Source: Candidatus Omnitrophota bacterium (GTDB lineage: Bacteria; Omnitrophota; Gorgyraeia; Zapsychrales; Fredricksoniimonadaceae). From it: DNA of 50,253 nucleotides. Shown piece after piece: positions 1 to 8,406 of the stretch (the first letter of the stretch is position 1; each line of letters begins with the position of its first letter). Position numbers and translations under genes: made by a program. The stretch spans positions 1 to 50,253 of the forward strand of contig JABDFL010000005.1 of the NCBI GenBank assembly GCA_013286575.1. Direction: 5' to 3'. The notes under the pieces were generated by a model. That model made no database searches and was not told where the DNA came from. It worked only from the letters and a program-made list of their open reading frames with translations.

Positions 1-2547
1 ATGACGGCCCCGGTATTTGATGTTTTTAATCCCATTGGTCATGTGGAATATTGGCTGCAGCAGCCGGTCGGTGATAATGAGCTTGTTGAAGATATGTTCC
101 GTGATTATGATTTTCGTTACGAGAAAAAAGGTCAGGAATTGAATCCGGCTATTGTTTTCCGGTTGGGATTGGTTTGGGCAAAAATGGCTTTGGAAAAAGC
201 AAGGCTTGCTGGTATCAAGAACAGGACAGTGCTTATTACACGTGATGCCCGGAAAGCCAACCCGGAAATTATGGATGCATTGGTGGCAGCCATGCGCTAC
301 AGCGGATTGGATGTTGTTTATACAGCGGTAGACACCAGTAATGCAGTCACATCCTATTCCTGGGCTGTTCAGCAGTTTAAGCCGCTAATGAGTATTTTTC
401 ATACAGCCAGTCATGTGTCCAGGGCCAGTGATGTTTTTGTCCGTGGGTTTAAGGTCGCTATCATGAATGAAATGGGGGAGGGTGTAAAAAGTCTGACCAG
501 AAAAGAAATCAAACAATATGCCCTTGGGGAAGTTAAAAAGTTATTGAAAAATCCGGAGGCAATGACCTTGCTCCGTGGTCAGAAATTAGGTAATTATGAA
601 GCTGAGGATGTTAAGGAGAATGTTATTCGTTTTAATACCTTGGTGGGAGTCGTAGCAGCTCAAAATGGTTCTTTGTATACATTAGGGGAAGCTTTAAAGA
701 AATCAAATAAACCATTGGCTGTTTTGTCCGAGCTCGAGCAAAGGTATGTTAATACTCTGCCCTTGCAAGGGATAAAGGTTGTTGTTGACGGGTCCCATAC
801 AGAGAGCGGAATACTGGCTGTGGAAACCTTTAAAAGATTAGGGGCGCAAGTAATAGAAATCAATACAGATATTCAAGATATTTGGGGTGAGCATAATGCC
901 GATCCATCTGTCAGAAAGAACCTGGCCGGATTAGAGGCCAAGATGAGAGAAACAGGGGCGCATTTTGGCCTTGCTTTTGATTTGGATGGAGATCGGGGGG
1001 CTATTCTTGTCCGGGATGCAATCACGAAAGACCCTGAGAAAGAATTTCTCAGTCTGGCCCCTGATAATCTTTTAGGAGTGTTATTGCCGTCTTTGATAAG
1101 CCAATGGGGGTATGGTCAGAGCGGAAAAAAAATCGCTATTATTAGGGATGTTCTAGGGACCCATGCCGTCAATGACCGGGGAAAAGAACTGGGTGTCGAA
1201 GTTTTCCAGACTGATGCAGGCTATCCATTTTTAAAGGCCAAGAAACAAGTTTTGGAAAAAGAGGGATTTGTTGTTCCCATGTATGGGGAGCGTTCAGGGC
1301 ATACGTGGCTTAATGTGTCAGGAGAAGTCGAAAATCCTTTGGCGGTGGCTGTTTTATTCGCCGTTTTGGCAAAACAAAAAATGGACCCAAACGCTGCAAA
1401 TCCTGTATTGGATGTTTATCAGAGCTTAACCATACCCTATTCTCAATCTCCTCGATTTCAGCCCTTGTTTCACCCGGATTTTCTCATTGAATTAGGCAAA
1501 AGCAATAATAATCCAACATCCTGGCGGTATGACCCCAATAACCCAACCAATCCTCCTCAGGTGGTCATTGAACTTGGGAAAGATTGGGGTATTAGATTGC
1601 TGCAGGATGAGTTTGTGGCCGGCAGGAGTTACAGTACATCCGTCGGACAATTAACAGTAAAAGAATTTAATTCGTATGCTGATCCTAAAGATGAGGGCGG
1701 ATTATATCGGTATGCGGACATTGTCTTTGAGCAAGACGGTAAATTTGCCGGACGTTTTGTTTTTCGTGCTTCTTCCAATGACCCTACCTTTGTAAACTCT
1801 TATGAGGCCCCTCAGTGGAAGGGTGAAGATATCCAAACAACTGGCAAAAGAAAAGCTGCTATAGCCAAGCTTGTTTTGGGCTTTTTGATGGACAGAAAGA
1901 TTGCACTTGTTACCAAAGAAGAGATAGCAAGTGCGTTGCCCCATTTATCAGCGGCGCAGGTTGATATTGCTTATGGTAAATCCAATCTTGGGCCGGTAGA
2001 AGCAGATTTAAATGATAAGGCTATGACTATGAAGTCCGATGCCCTTCTTCCTCAAGAGGATGATGATGTATCGCCACTTGACGCAGCGATGAATACGGGA
2101 GAGGATTTGGATATGATGCGATTGATTGGTGCTATTAATGCACTGATACAATCGGGGCCATTGCATTCAGTAAGTATACTGTATGATGGTGAAGCTCTTC
2201 CGTCATTGAGCTGGATTTCTGTCTTACATGAAAAATCCAGTGAAAAGCCTGGTCAACATCTGTTTAGATATAGTTATTACAGCTTTGCAGACAATCTCGT
2301 TATTAATATCAGTGACGCAGTGAGGGTCGGTTCTCGAGAGGAAACGGTAGATCAGGCGGCTCTGGCTAATCCCGGCGGTATCGACCTTAATTCCAGGAAT
2401 CTGAAGATGGAAAGTTCGGGAGAGAAGGTGAATATCACTTTTGACCCGGCAATGATTGCACAATTCAAGCGCGGGGACTTTTCCGGTGTCAGGATCAAAA
2501 TCCTCGACGTTGTTCCGATCAATCTGATGCCGTTGTTGGGATTATAA
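1..2547 (+). CDS. Probable C-terminal part of a giant modular protein: phosphohexomutase (PGM/PMM-like) module, D-x-A-M spacers and C-terminal GGIDL domain; possibly 5'-truncated by the window edge
   Basis: Phosphohexomutase motifs TASHVS (phosphoserine loop), DLDGDR (metal loop), GERSGH (sugar loop) and FRASSNDP. These are followed by DKAM, DAAM and DQAA spacers and NPGGIDLN...LMPLLGL*. The ORF starts at base 1, so the true start cannot be seen. Confidence 0.8.
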   Translation: MTAPVFDVFNPIGHVEYWLQQPVGDNELVEDMFRDYDFRYEKKGQELNPAIVFRLGLVWAKMALEKARLAGIKNRTVLITRDARKANPEIMDALVAAMRYSGLDVVYTAVDTSNAVTSYSWAVQQFKPLMSIFHTASHVSRASDVFVRGFKVAIMNEMGEGVKSLTRKEIKQYALGEVKKLLKNPEAMTLLRGQKLGNYEAEDVKENVIRFNTLVGVVAAQNGSLYTLGEALKKSNKPLAVLSELEQRYVNTLPLQGIKVVVDGSHTESGILAVETFKRLGAQVIEINTDIQDIWGEHNADPSVRKNLAGLEAKMRETGAHFGLAFDLDGDRGAILVRDAITKDPEKEFLSLAPDNLLGVLLPSLISQWGYGQSGKKIAIIRDVLGTHAVNDRGKELGVEVFQTDAGYPFLKAKKQVLEKEGFVVPMYGERSGHTWLNVSGEVENPLAVAVLFAVLAKQKMDPNAANPVLDVYQSLTIPYSQSPRFQPLFHPDFLIELGKSNNNPTSWRYDPNNPTNPPQVVIELGKDWGIRLLQDEFVAGRSYSTSVGQLTVKEFNSYADPKDEGGLYRYADIVFEQDGKFAGRFVFRASSNDPTFVNSYEAPQWKGEDIQTTGKRKAAIAKLVLGFLMDRKIALVTKEEIASALPHLSAAQVDIAYGKSNLGPVEADLNDKAMTMKSDALLPQEDDDVSPLDAAMNTGEDLDMMRLIGAINALIQSGPLHSVSILYDGEALPSLSWISVLHEKSSEKPGQHLFRYSYYSFADNLVINISDAVRVGSREETVDQAALANPGGIDLNSRNLKMESSGEKVNITFDPAMIAQFKRGDFSGVRIKILDVVPINLMPLLGL

Positions 2548-2559
2548 GGAGGAGTAAGA

Positions 2560-2661
2560 TTAATGCTTGGTTGATTTTGAGTGGTCGTCCCTAAAAGCGA
2601 TCCAAGCAACGACTCCGCAAAAGACTATCAAGAAAATTTCATAATAAACGCCGCCATTCAT
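2560..2661 (-). CDS. 33-aa single-TM micro-protein (not in ORF track)
   Basis: Manual translation MNGGVYYEIFLIVFCGVVAWIAFRDDHSKSTKH*. The ATG overlaps the TGA of the upstream 71-aa ORF (ATGA), with purine-rich AAGAAAGGA upstream. Confidence 0.5.
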   Translation of the reverse strand: MNGGVYYEIFLIVFCGVVAWIAFRDDHSKSTKH

Positions 2662-2873
2662 AGAGATATCCTTTCTTCTTTTAGTAATATTGTAGCAAGG
2701 CTATATAATATTACAAAGGAAATCGCCCCAAATAGAAAAAGAGGTATGTCCAGATTGTGAAGTACGACTTGGCCTAATAGTATAGTTGAGAAGAAAAAAT
2801 TTCCAAGATTGAAAAATGATTTGCTGAGTTCTTTGCGTTGGGTTGGATTCAATTTGAAATGACTAAACAGCAT
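2658..2873 (-). CDS. Small two-TM hypothetical membrane protein (71 aa)
   Basis: Two hydrophobic segments after RKELSKSFFNLG, AT-rich, translationally coupled to the 33-aa ORF. Confidence 0.6.
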   Translation of the reverse strand: MLFSHFKLNPTQRKELSKSFFNLGNFFFSTILLGQVVLHNLDIPLFLFGAISFVILYSLATILLKEERISL

Positions 2874-2995
2874 GGCAAACTCCGGCAGTTATAAAGGGGG
2901 AAGTTGATGGGTGATTTTTTAAAAGAAGCATGGGGGATGCCTCAACAAGCAAAAATATAATACAATCCGCTGTGGGCGTTGTCAATTGATCTGTT

Positions 2996-3022
2996 TTAGC
3001 ACTCCGTTAAATGTACTGCTAG
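2996..3022. promoter_or_regulatory. CIRCE element 1 (HrcA operator, degenerate right arm)
   Basis: TTAGCACTC-N9-TACTGCTAG compared with consensus TTAGCACTC-N9-GAGTGCTAA; upstream of groES. Confidence 0.65.
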
Positions 3023-3029
3023 AAAATTC

Positions 3030-3058
3030 TTGACAAAATTTCCATCTCCCGCTATGAT
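3030..3058 (+). promoter_or_regulatory. sigma70-type promoter of groESL
   Basis: TTGACA (3030-3035), 17-bp spacer, TATGAT (3053-3058). Confidence 0.8.
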
Positions 3059-3084
3059 TGGCACTCTGAATCTGGAAGTGCCAA
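3058..3084. promoter_or_regulatory. CIRCE element 2 (HrcA operator)
   Basis: TTGGCACTC-N9-AAGTGCCAA overlapping the expected transcription start. Confidence 0.85.
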
Positions 3085-3161
3085 AGATTGTCACGCCCAA
3101 ACAGGCTTGCAATTACACAAAAAATATTAATCATTAACACTTTTAACAAGGAGGAGAAGTT

Positions 3162-3452
3162 ATGGCTATTCAACCGTTAGCTGACCGCATTGTGGTCAAG
3201 GTGCTGGAAGCTAAAGAAGTCACCAAGGGCGGCATTTTGCTTCCGGAAACCGCCAAAGAAAAACCCCAGGAAGGCAAAGTCATTGCCGTAGGTAAGGGCA
3301 AAGCGTCTGATACCGGTCATATTGTGCCTTTGGAAGTCAAGGTCGGGGACCGTATTTTGTACACCAAATACGGCGGTACGGAAATCACCACGACAGATGG
3401 TGAAGAGCTTTTGATCATGAAGGAAGAAGACGTTTTAGCTATTGTTAAGTAA
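3162..3452 (+). CDS. groES: Co-chaperonin GroES
   Basis: IQPLADRIVV, GGILLPETAKEKPQEG; RBS AAGGAGG. Confidence 0.98.
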   Translation: MAIQPLADRIVVKVLEAKEVTKGGILLPETAKEKPQEGKVIAVGKGKASDTGHIVPLEVKVGDRILYTKYGGTEITTTDGEELLIMKEEDVLAIVK

Positions 3453-3458
3453 AAATGG

Positions 3459-3474
3459 CCCCGCCATGGCGGGG
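3459..3474. repeat. 16-bp GC-rich palindrome between groES and groEL
   Basis: CCCCGCCATGGCGGGG is a perfect palindrome. Confidence 0.55.
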
Positions 3475-3501
3475 GACAGAGACTAATAAGGAGAAAGTAA
3501 A

Positions 3502-5145
3502 ATGGGAGCAAAACAATTATTATTTGAAGATGAAGGACGCCGCAAGATTTTGCGTGGGGTGGAGCAGTTATCACGCGCGGTAAAGGTCACCTTGGGCCCT
3601 AAAGGCCGTAATGTGGTTTTAGACAAGAAATTCGGCAGCCCGACTGTCACCAAGGACGGTGTGTCGGTAGCCAAAGAAATTGAATTGGAAGACCCGTTTG
3701 AAAATATGGGTGCCCAGATGGTCAAGGAAGTCGCTGAAAAGACCTCTGACATCGCCGGTGACGGTACAACCACCGCGACTGTTTTGGCTGAATCCATTTA
3801 CCGCGAAGGTTTAAAGAACGTCACTGCCGGTGCCAATCCCATGGCTTTAAAGCGCGGGATTGATTTGGCGGTGGTCCGCATCGTGGCCAAGATCGAAAAG
3901 CTTGCCAAGAAGGTTGATCTTAAGAATTCCAAAGAAGTCGAGCAGGTTGCGACTGTCGCGGCCAACAATGATAATGTCATTGGTAAGAAGATCGCCGAGG
4001 CTTTTGAAGCTGTCGGCAAAGACGGCGTCATCACCGTCGAAGAAAGCAAGACCATCTTTACGGAATTGAAGATCGTGGAAGGCATGCAATTTGATCAGGG
4101 ATATCTTTCCCCGTATTTTTCAACAGATATGGAAAAGATGATCTGCGAGCTTGAAGAACCATATATCCTTCTTTATGAAAAGAAGATCTCCAGCATCAAG
4201 GATATCTTGCCTGTCTTGGAAAAAGTGGCTAAAAGCGGGCGTCCTTTATTGATCCTTTGCGAAGAGGTCGAAGGCGAAGCCTTAGCAACTCTCGTCGTCA
4301 ACAAGATGCGCGGCACCTTGCATTGCGCTGCGGTCAAGGCCCCGGGTTATGGTGATCGCCGCAAAGAAATGCTCAAAGACATCGCTGTTTTGACCGGCGG
4401 CAAGGCTATTACCGAGGATTTAGGGCTTAAGCTCGAGAATATCGAGGTTGCTGATTTAGGCCGTGCCAAGAAGGTCAAGATCGACAAGGATAATACAACG
4501 ATCGTTCAGGGTGCCGGTAAACCGGCGGATATCAAAAGCCGTTTGGCCCAGATCAAGAATCAAATTGATTCTACTGATTCCTCTTACGATAAAGAAAAAT
4601 TACAGGAACGTTTGGCCAAGATTGCCGGTGGTGTCGCCATTATCAATGTGGGTGCCGCGACCGAATCTGAAATGAAAGAAAAGAAGGCCCGCGTTGAAGA
4701 TGCCTTGCATGCGACCCGCGCGGCCGTGGAAGAAGGTATAGTTCCGGGCGGCGGTGTGGCGCTTTTACGCTGCATTAAGGATTTGGAAGGCATTGACCTT
4801 CAGGGTGATGAGAAGACCGGCGCTGAGATCGTACGCCGTTCTTTGGAATCTCCCATACGTCAATTGGCTTTCAATTCCGGGTTAGAAGGTTCTGTCATCC
4901 TTGAGCACTTGAAGAATGAAAAAGACGCTGCTTTTGGTTATGATTTTAACTCTGACCAATATGTGGACATGATCAAAGCAGGTATCATTGATCCGGCCAA
5001 GGTGACCCGCACGGCATTGCAAAATGCGGCATCTATTGCAGGATTGCTTTTAACCACAGAATGTTTGATCACTGACGTCCCTGAAAAGGAAAAACCTGTC
5101 ATGCCTCCGATGCCTGGTGGCGGTGGTATGGGTGGGATGTATTAA
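3502..5145 (+). CDS. groEL: Chaperonin GroEL
   Basis: [28 protein letters not shown]-terminal GGM tail. Confidence 0.99.
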   Translation: MGAKQLLFEDEGRRKILRGVEQLSRAVKVTLGPKGRNVVLDKKFGSPTVTKDGVSVAKEIELEDPFENMGAQMVKEVAEKTSDIAGDGTTTATVLAESIYREGLKNVTAGANPMALKRGIDLAVVRIVAKIEKLAKKVDLKNSKEVEQVATVAANNDNVIGKKIAEAFEAVGKDGVITVEESKTIFTELKIVEGMQFDQGYLSPYFSTDMEKMICELEEPYILLYEKKISSIKDILPVLEKVAKSGRPLLILCEEVEGEALATLVVNKMRGTLHCAAVKAPGYGDRRKEMLKDIAVLTGGKAITEDLGLKLENIEVADLGRAKKVKIDKDNTTIVQGAGKPADIKSRLAQIKNQIDSTDSSYDKEKLQERLAKIAGGVAIINVGAATESEMKEKKARVEDALHATRAAVEEGIVPGGGVALLRCIKDLEGIDLQGDEKTGAEIVRRSLESPIRQLAFNSGLEGSVILEHLKNEKDAAFGYDFNSDQYVDMIKAGIIDPAKVTRTALQNAASIAGLLLTTECLITDVPEKEKPVMPPMPGGGGMGGMY

Positions 5146-5158
5146 AAAAGAGTTGGGT

Positions 5159-5192
5159 GAAAAAGGGGACACTTTAAAGTGTCCCCTTTTTC
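5159..5192. terminator. Bidirectional intrinsic terminator / GGGGACAC-type palindrome after groEL
   Basis: Perfect 34-bp palindrome GAAAAAGGGGACACTTTAAAGTGTCCCCTTTTTC with A- and T-tracts on the flanks. Confidence 0.8.
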
Positions 5193-5202
5193 GTTTTATC
5201 TA

Positions 5203-5231
5203 TTGACACTTTGCCTTTATTAGGGTATAAT
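5203..5231 (+). promoter_or_regulatory. Consensus sigma70 promoter of guaB3-guaA
   Basis: TTGACA (5203-5208), 17-bp spacer, TATAAT (5226-5231). Confidence 0.85.
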
Positions 5232-5300
5232 CCCGCTTCAAATTCATTTTTTTAAGCTTTTTTTCAGCTCGTATCTCATTGAAAATAGGGGGGTTAGGTA

Positions 5301-6470
5301 ATGGCTGATTGGATTGGCATCGGGCGGCGCGCACGCAGATGTTACGGTTTTGACGAAGTGGCCTTAGTTCCAGGTAGTGTGACGGTCAACCCTGCTGAAG
5401 TAGATACCACGTTTATTTTAGGTAAACATAGATTTCCTGTGCCTATCATGGCTGCGTCCATGGATGGCGTGGTTGATGTTAAATTTGCCATTGCCATGGG
5501 CAAGCTTGGCGGCATCGCGGTCTTAAACCTTGACGGCATCCAGACCCGTTATGACCATCCGGAAGAGATTTTAAAGCAAATAGCGTCAGCCACTCCTGAG
5601 GAAGCGACCAAACTGGTCCAAAGCCTCTATGAGAACACTAAATTTCCTGTTAAAGAAAAATTGATCGCCAAACGCATCGAGGAAATTAAAAAGGCCAAGG
5701 TGCCGGCGATTGTAAGCTGTATCCCTCAAAACGCGGCTGCTTTTTCTAAAATTGCCGCTGAAGCGGGAGTGGATGCGTTTATCGTGCAGTCGACCGTTGC
5801 GACGGTGCGTCATATTTCTACGGAATATAAAATATTGGATATAGAAAAATTTTGTAAAAATACCAAGGTCCCGGTCATTATCGGTAATGTGGTCACCTAT
5901 GAAATGGCGTTAGAGATTTTAGAAGCCGGCGCATCAGGTGTTTTGGTCGGCATTGGCCCGGGTGCTGCCTGCACTTCCCGCGGCGTTTTAGGCATCGGTG
6001 TCCCTCAAATCACCGCGACGGTTGATTGCTGCGCTGCGCGTGATTATTATTTTAAGCGTAAGGGCAAATATGTCCCCATGATCACCGACGGCGGCATGCG
6101 TATCGGCGGGGAGATTTGCAAGGCTTTTGCGGCCGGGTCGGACGCGGTGATGGTGGGCTCTGCTTTTGCCAAAGCTGAAGAAGCTCCGGGGCGCGGTTAT
6201 CATTGGGGGATGGCCACCTCGCACGCTAATCTGCCGCGCGGGACACGTATCCGCGTCGGTACCAGCGGCACCTTGAAAGAGATCCTCATGGGCCCGGCCC
6301 GTGTTGATGACGGTTCACAGAATTTGGTCGGTGCTTTAAAGACCTCCATGGGTTCCTTGGGGGCCCGTAATATTAAAGAAATGCATGATGTTGAAATCAT
6401 CCTGGCACCATCGATCCAGACGGAAGGCAAGGTCTTCCAGATCGGGCAACGTGTAGGGATGGGCAAGTAA
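5301..6470 (+). CDS. guaB: IMP dehydrogenase, GuaB3-type (no CBS domains)
   Basis: YGFDEVALVP, catalytic loop GIGPGAACTSR, ITDGG, HWGMAT; adjacent to guaA. Confidence 0.9.
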   Translation: MADWIGIGRRARRCYGFDEVALVPGSVTVNPAEVDTTFILGKHRFPVPIMAASMDGVVDVKFAIAMGKLGGIAVLNLDGIQTRYDHPEEILKQIASATPEEATKLVQSLYENTKFPVKEKLIAKRIEEIKKAKVPAIVSCIPQNAAAFSKIAAEAGVDAFIVQSTVATVRHISTEYKILDIEKFCKNTKVPVIIGNVVTYEMALEILEAGASGVLVGIGPGAACTSRGVLGIGVPQITATVDCCAARDYYFKRKGKYVPMITDGGMRIGGEICKAFAAGSDAVMVGSAFAKAEEAPGRGYHWGMATSHANLPRGTRIRVGTSGTLKEILMGPARVDDGSQNLVGALKTSMGSLGARNIKEMHDVEIILAPSIQTEGKVFQIGQRVGMGK

Positions 6471-6530
6471 AGCCGCTAAAAGCGGCTTTACTCCCGAAAA
6501 ATTTCACATTTATGTGAAGTTTTGCAGGGG
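6466..6530. repeat. Two tandem intergenic hairpins between guaB and guaA
   Basis: AGTAAAGCCGCT-AAA-AGCGGCTTTACT (6466-6492) and an imperfect inverted repeat centred on TTCACAT-TT-ATGTGAA (6503-6518). Confidence 0.65.
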
Positions 6531-6567
6531 GGTTCCATAGTGTGTTTTTAAAAAGGAGTAATACCTC

Positions 6568-8325
6568 ATGGCTCAGAAAAAAGCCGTTAAGAAGGCTGTA
6601 AAAAAGGCAACTAAAAAGGTAACCAAAAAGGCCGCTAAAAAAGTTGTCCCCAAGCCTGTTCAAAGAAAACATGTCAGCCGTTTTGCCAGAAAGCCGGGCA
6701 AACGCAAACCCGTACATGGTTTGATGAAGCCTATTAAATTAAGGTCTTCTTCGCGGATCGTCCCGATGGAGATCAAGAAGCAAAGGGCCCGCGATATCAT
6801 CCTGATTTTGGACATGGGTTCCCAATACACCCAGCTCATCGCCCGCCGTGTGCGCGAAAGCAAGGTTTTCAGCCAGATCGTTCCCTATAATATTTCCGTT
6901 GAAAAGATCAAAGAAATTTATCCTAAAGGTATCATTCTTTCCGGCGGCCCGCAAAGCGTCACCGATAAAGGTGCTCCTTTACCCAACCCTGATATTTTTA
7001 AATTAAATATCCCCATTTTAGGGGTTTGTTACGGCATGCAGGCCATCACCCATATGTTGGGCGGCAAGGTGTCCAAAGCCAAGGACCGTGAATACGGCAA
7101 GGCTGAGCTTTTCATCGACAATAATAAAGATTTGTTTACCAATCTCTCCACGAATTTGACCTGCTGGATGAGCCACGGTGATGAGATCGTTTCGCCACCG
7201 CCGGGATTTGTCCGCATTGCCCATACATTAAACGCGGCCAACGCGGCCATTGCCAACCGTACCCGCAGGATTTACGGGGTGCAATTCCATCCGGAAGTCG
7301 TGCACACCCAGCGCGGTTTGCAGATGATACAGAATTTTGCGTACACCATTTGCGGATGTTTGCCGCGCTGGACCATGGACCGTTTTGCCACGGCTGCCAT
7401 CAAGCAGATCCAGGAAACCGTCGGCGGCAAGAAAGTTGTTTTGGGCCTAAGCGGCGGGGTGGATTCTGCAGTGGTTGCGGTATTGTTACAAAAGGCCATC
7501 GGCAGCCGTTTGTATTGCATTTTTGTGGACAATGGCCTGCTGCGCAAGAATGAATCTTCTTCCGTGGTGCGTACGTTCAAGGGGCATTTTAAAATGAATT
7601 TGACCGTCATTGAAGCTGAAAAACGTTTTATTGAACGGCTCAAAGGCATTGAAGACCCCGAGCAAAAAAGAAAGATCATCGGCGATGAATTTATCCGCGT
7701 TTTTCAGGACGCTTCCAAGAAGATCAAAGGCGCTGAATTCCTGGCCCAGGGAACATTGTATCCTGACGTCATTGAGTCCCTTCCCGCGCACGGCGGACCG
7801 ACGGCAGTCATCAAAAGCCATCATAACGTCGGCGGCCTGCCTAAGGACATGAAATTTAAATTGGTCGAGCCTCTGCGTGAATTATTCAAGGATGAGGTGC
7901 GTTTGATCGGCAAGAATTTGCAGATGCCTGAATCCATCCTCAAGCGCCAGCCTTTTCCGGGCCCGGGTTTGGCTATCCGTATTCTTGGCGAAGTCACCAC
8001 TGAGCGCCTGGAATTGCTGCGTGAAGCAGATGACCGTGTCATGGATGAAATTAAGAAGGCCGGGCTTTATCAGGACCTGTGGCAATCATTTGCGGTGTTG
8101 CTTCCCATCAAGACTGTCGGCGTCATGGGTGATCAGCGTACCTATGAAAACGTCATTGCCTTGCGCTGTGTTACCAGTGCCGACGGGATGACCGCTGACT
8201 GGGCCCAATTGCCTTATGATCTTCTGGGACGCATTTCCAATCGTATCATTAATGAGGTCAAGGGCATTAACCGTGTCGTTTACGACATCAGCTCGAAACC
8301 TCCTGCTACGATTGAGTGGGAATAA
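6568..8325 (+). CDS. guaA: GMP synthase (glutamine-hydrolysing) with a Lys-rich N-terminal extension
   Basis: [54 protein letters not shown]; RBS AAGGAG before 6568. Confidence 0.97.
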   Translation: MAQKKAVKKAVKKATKKVTKKAAKKVVPKPVQRKHVSRFARKPGKRKPVHGLMKPIKLRSSSRIVPMEIKKQRARDIILILDMGSQYTQLIARRVRESKVFSQIVPYNISVEKIKEIYPKGIILSGGPQSVTDKGAPLPNPDIFKLNIPILGVCYGMQAITHMLGGKVSKAKDREYGKAELFIDNNKDLFTNLSTNLTCWMSHGDEIVSPPPGFVRIAHTLNAANAAIANRTRRIYGVQFHPEVVHTQRGLQMIQNFAYTICGCLPRWTMDRFATAAIKQIQETVGGKKVVLGLSGGVDSAVVAVLLQKAIGSRLYCIFVDNGLLRKNESSSVVRTFKGHFKMNLTVIEAEKRFIERLKGIEDPEQKRKIIGDEFIRVFQDASKKIKGAEFLAQGTLYPDVIESLPAHGGPTAVIKSHHNVGGLPKDMKFKLVEPLRELFKDEVRLIGKNLQMPESILKRQPFPGPGLAIRILGEVTTERLELLREADDRVMDEIKKAGLYQDLWQSFAVLLPIKTVGVMGDQRTYENVIALRCVTSADGMTADWAQLPYDLLGRISNRIINEVKGINRVVYDISSKPPATIEWE

Positions 8326-8352
8326 TCCGTATAATTTTATATTGATTCCTCT

Positions 8353-8397
8353 CGGCCTTAAGTGTTAAAGTAATATTCAATTTAACACTTAAGGCCG
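8353..8397. terminator. 17-bp perfect inverted repeat, terminator-like, directly before dnaE
   Basis: CGGCCTTAAGTGTTAAA-N11-TTTAACACTTAAGGCCG followed by TTGTTTTTT. Confidence 0.6.
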
Positions 8398-8406
8398 TTG
8401 TTTTTT

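Noticed and set aside
5232-5300. Purine riboswitch ahead of guaB/guaA
   Set aside because: The leader is short and T-rich, and I could not find the purine-aptamer core here or in the guaB-guaA spacer.
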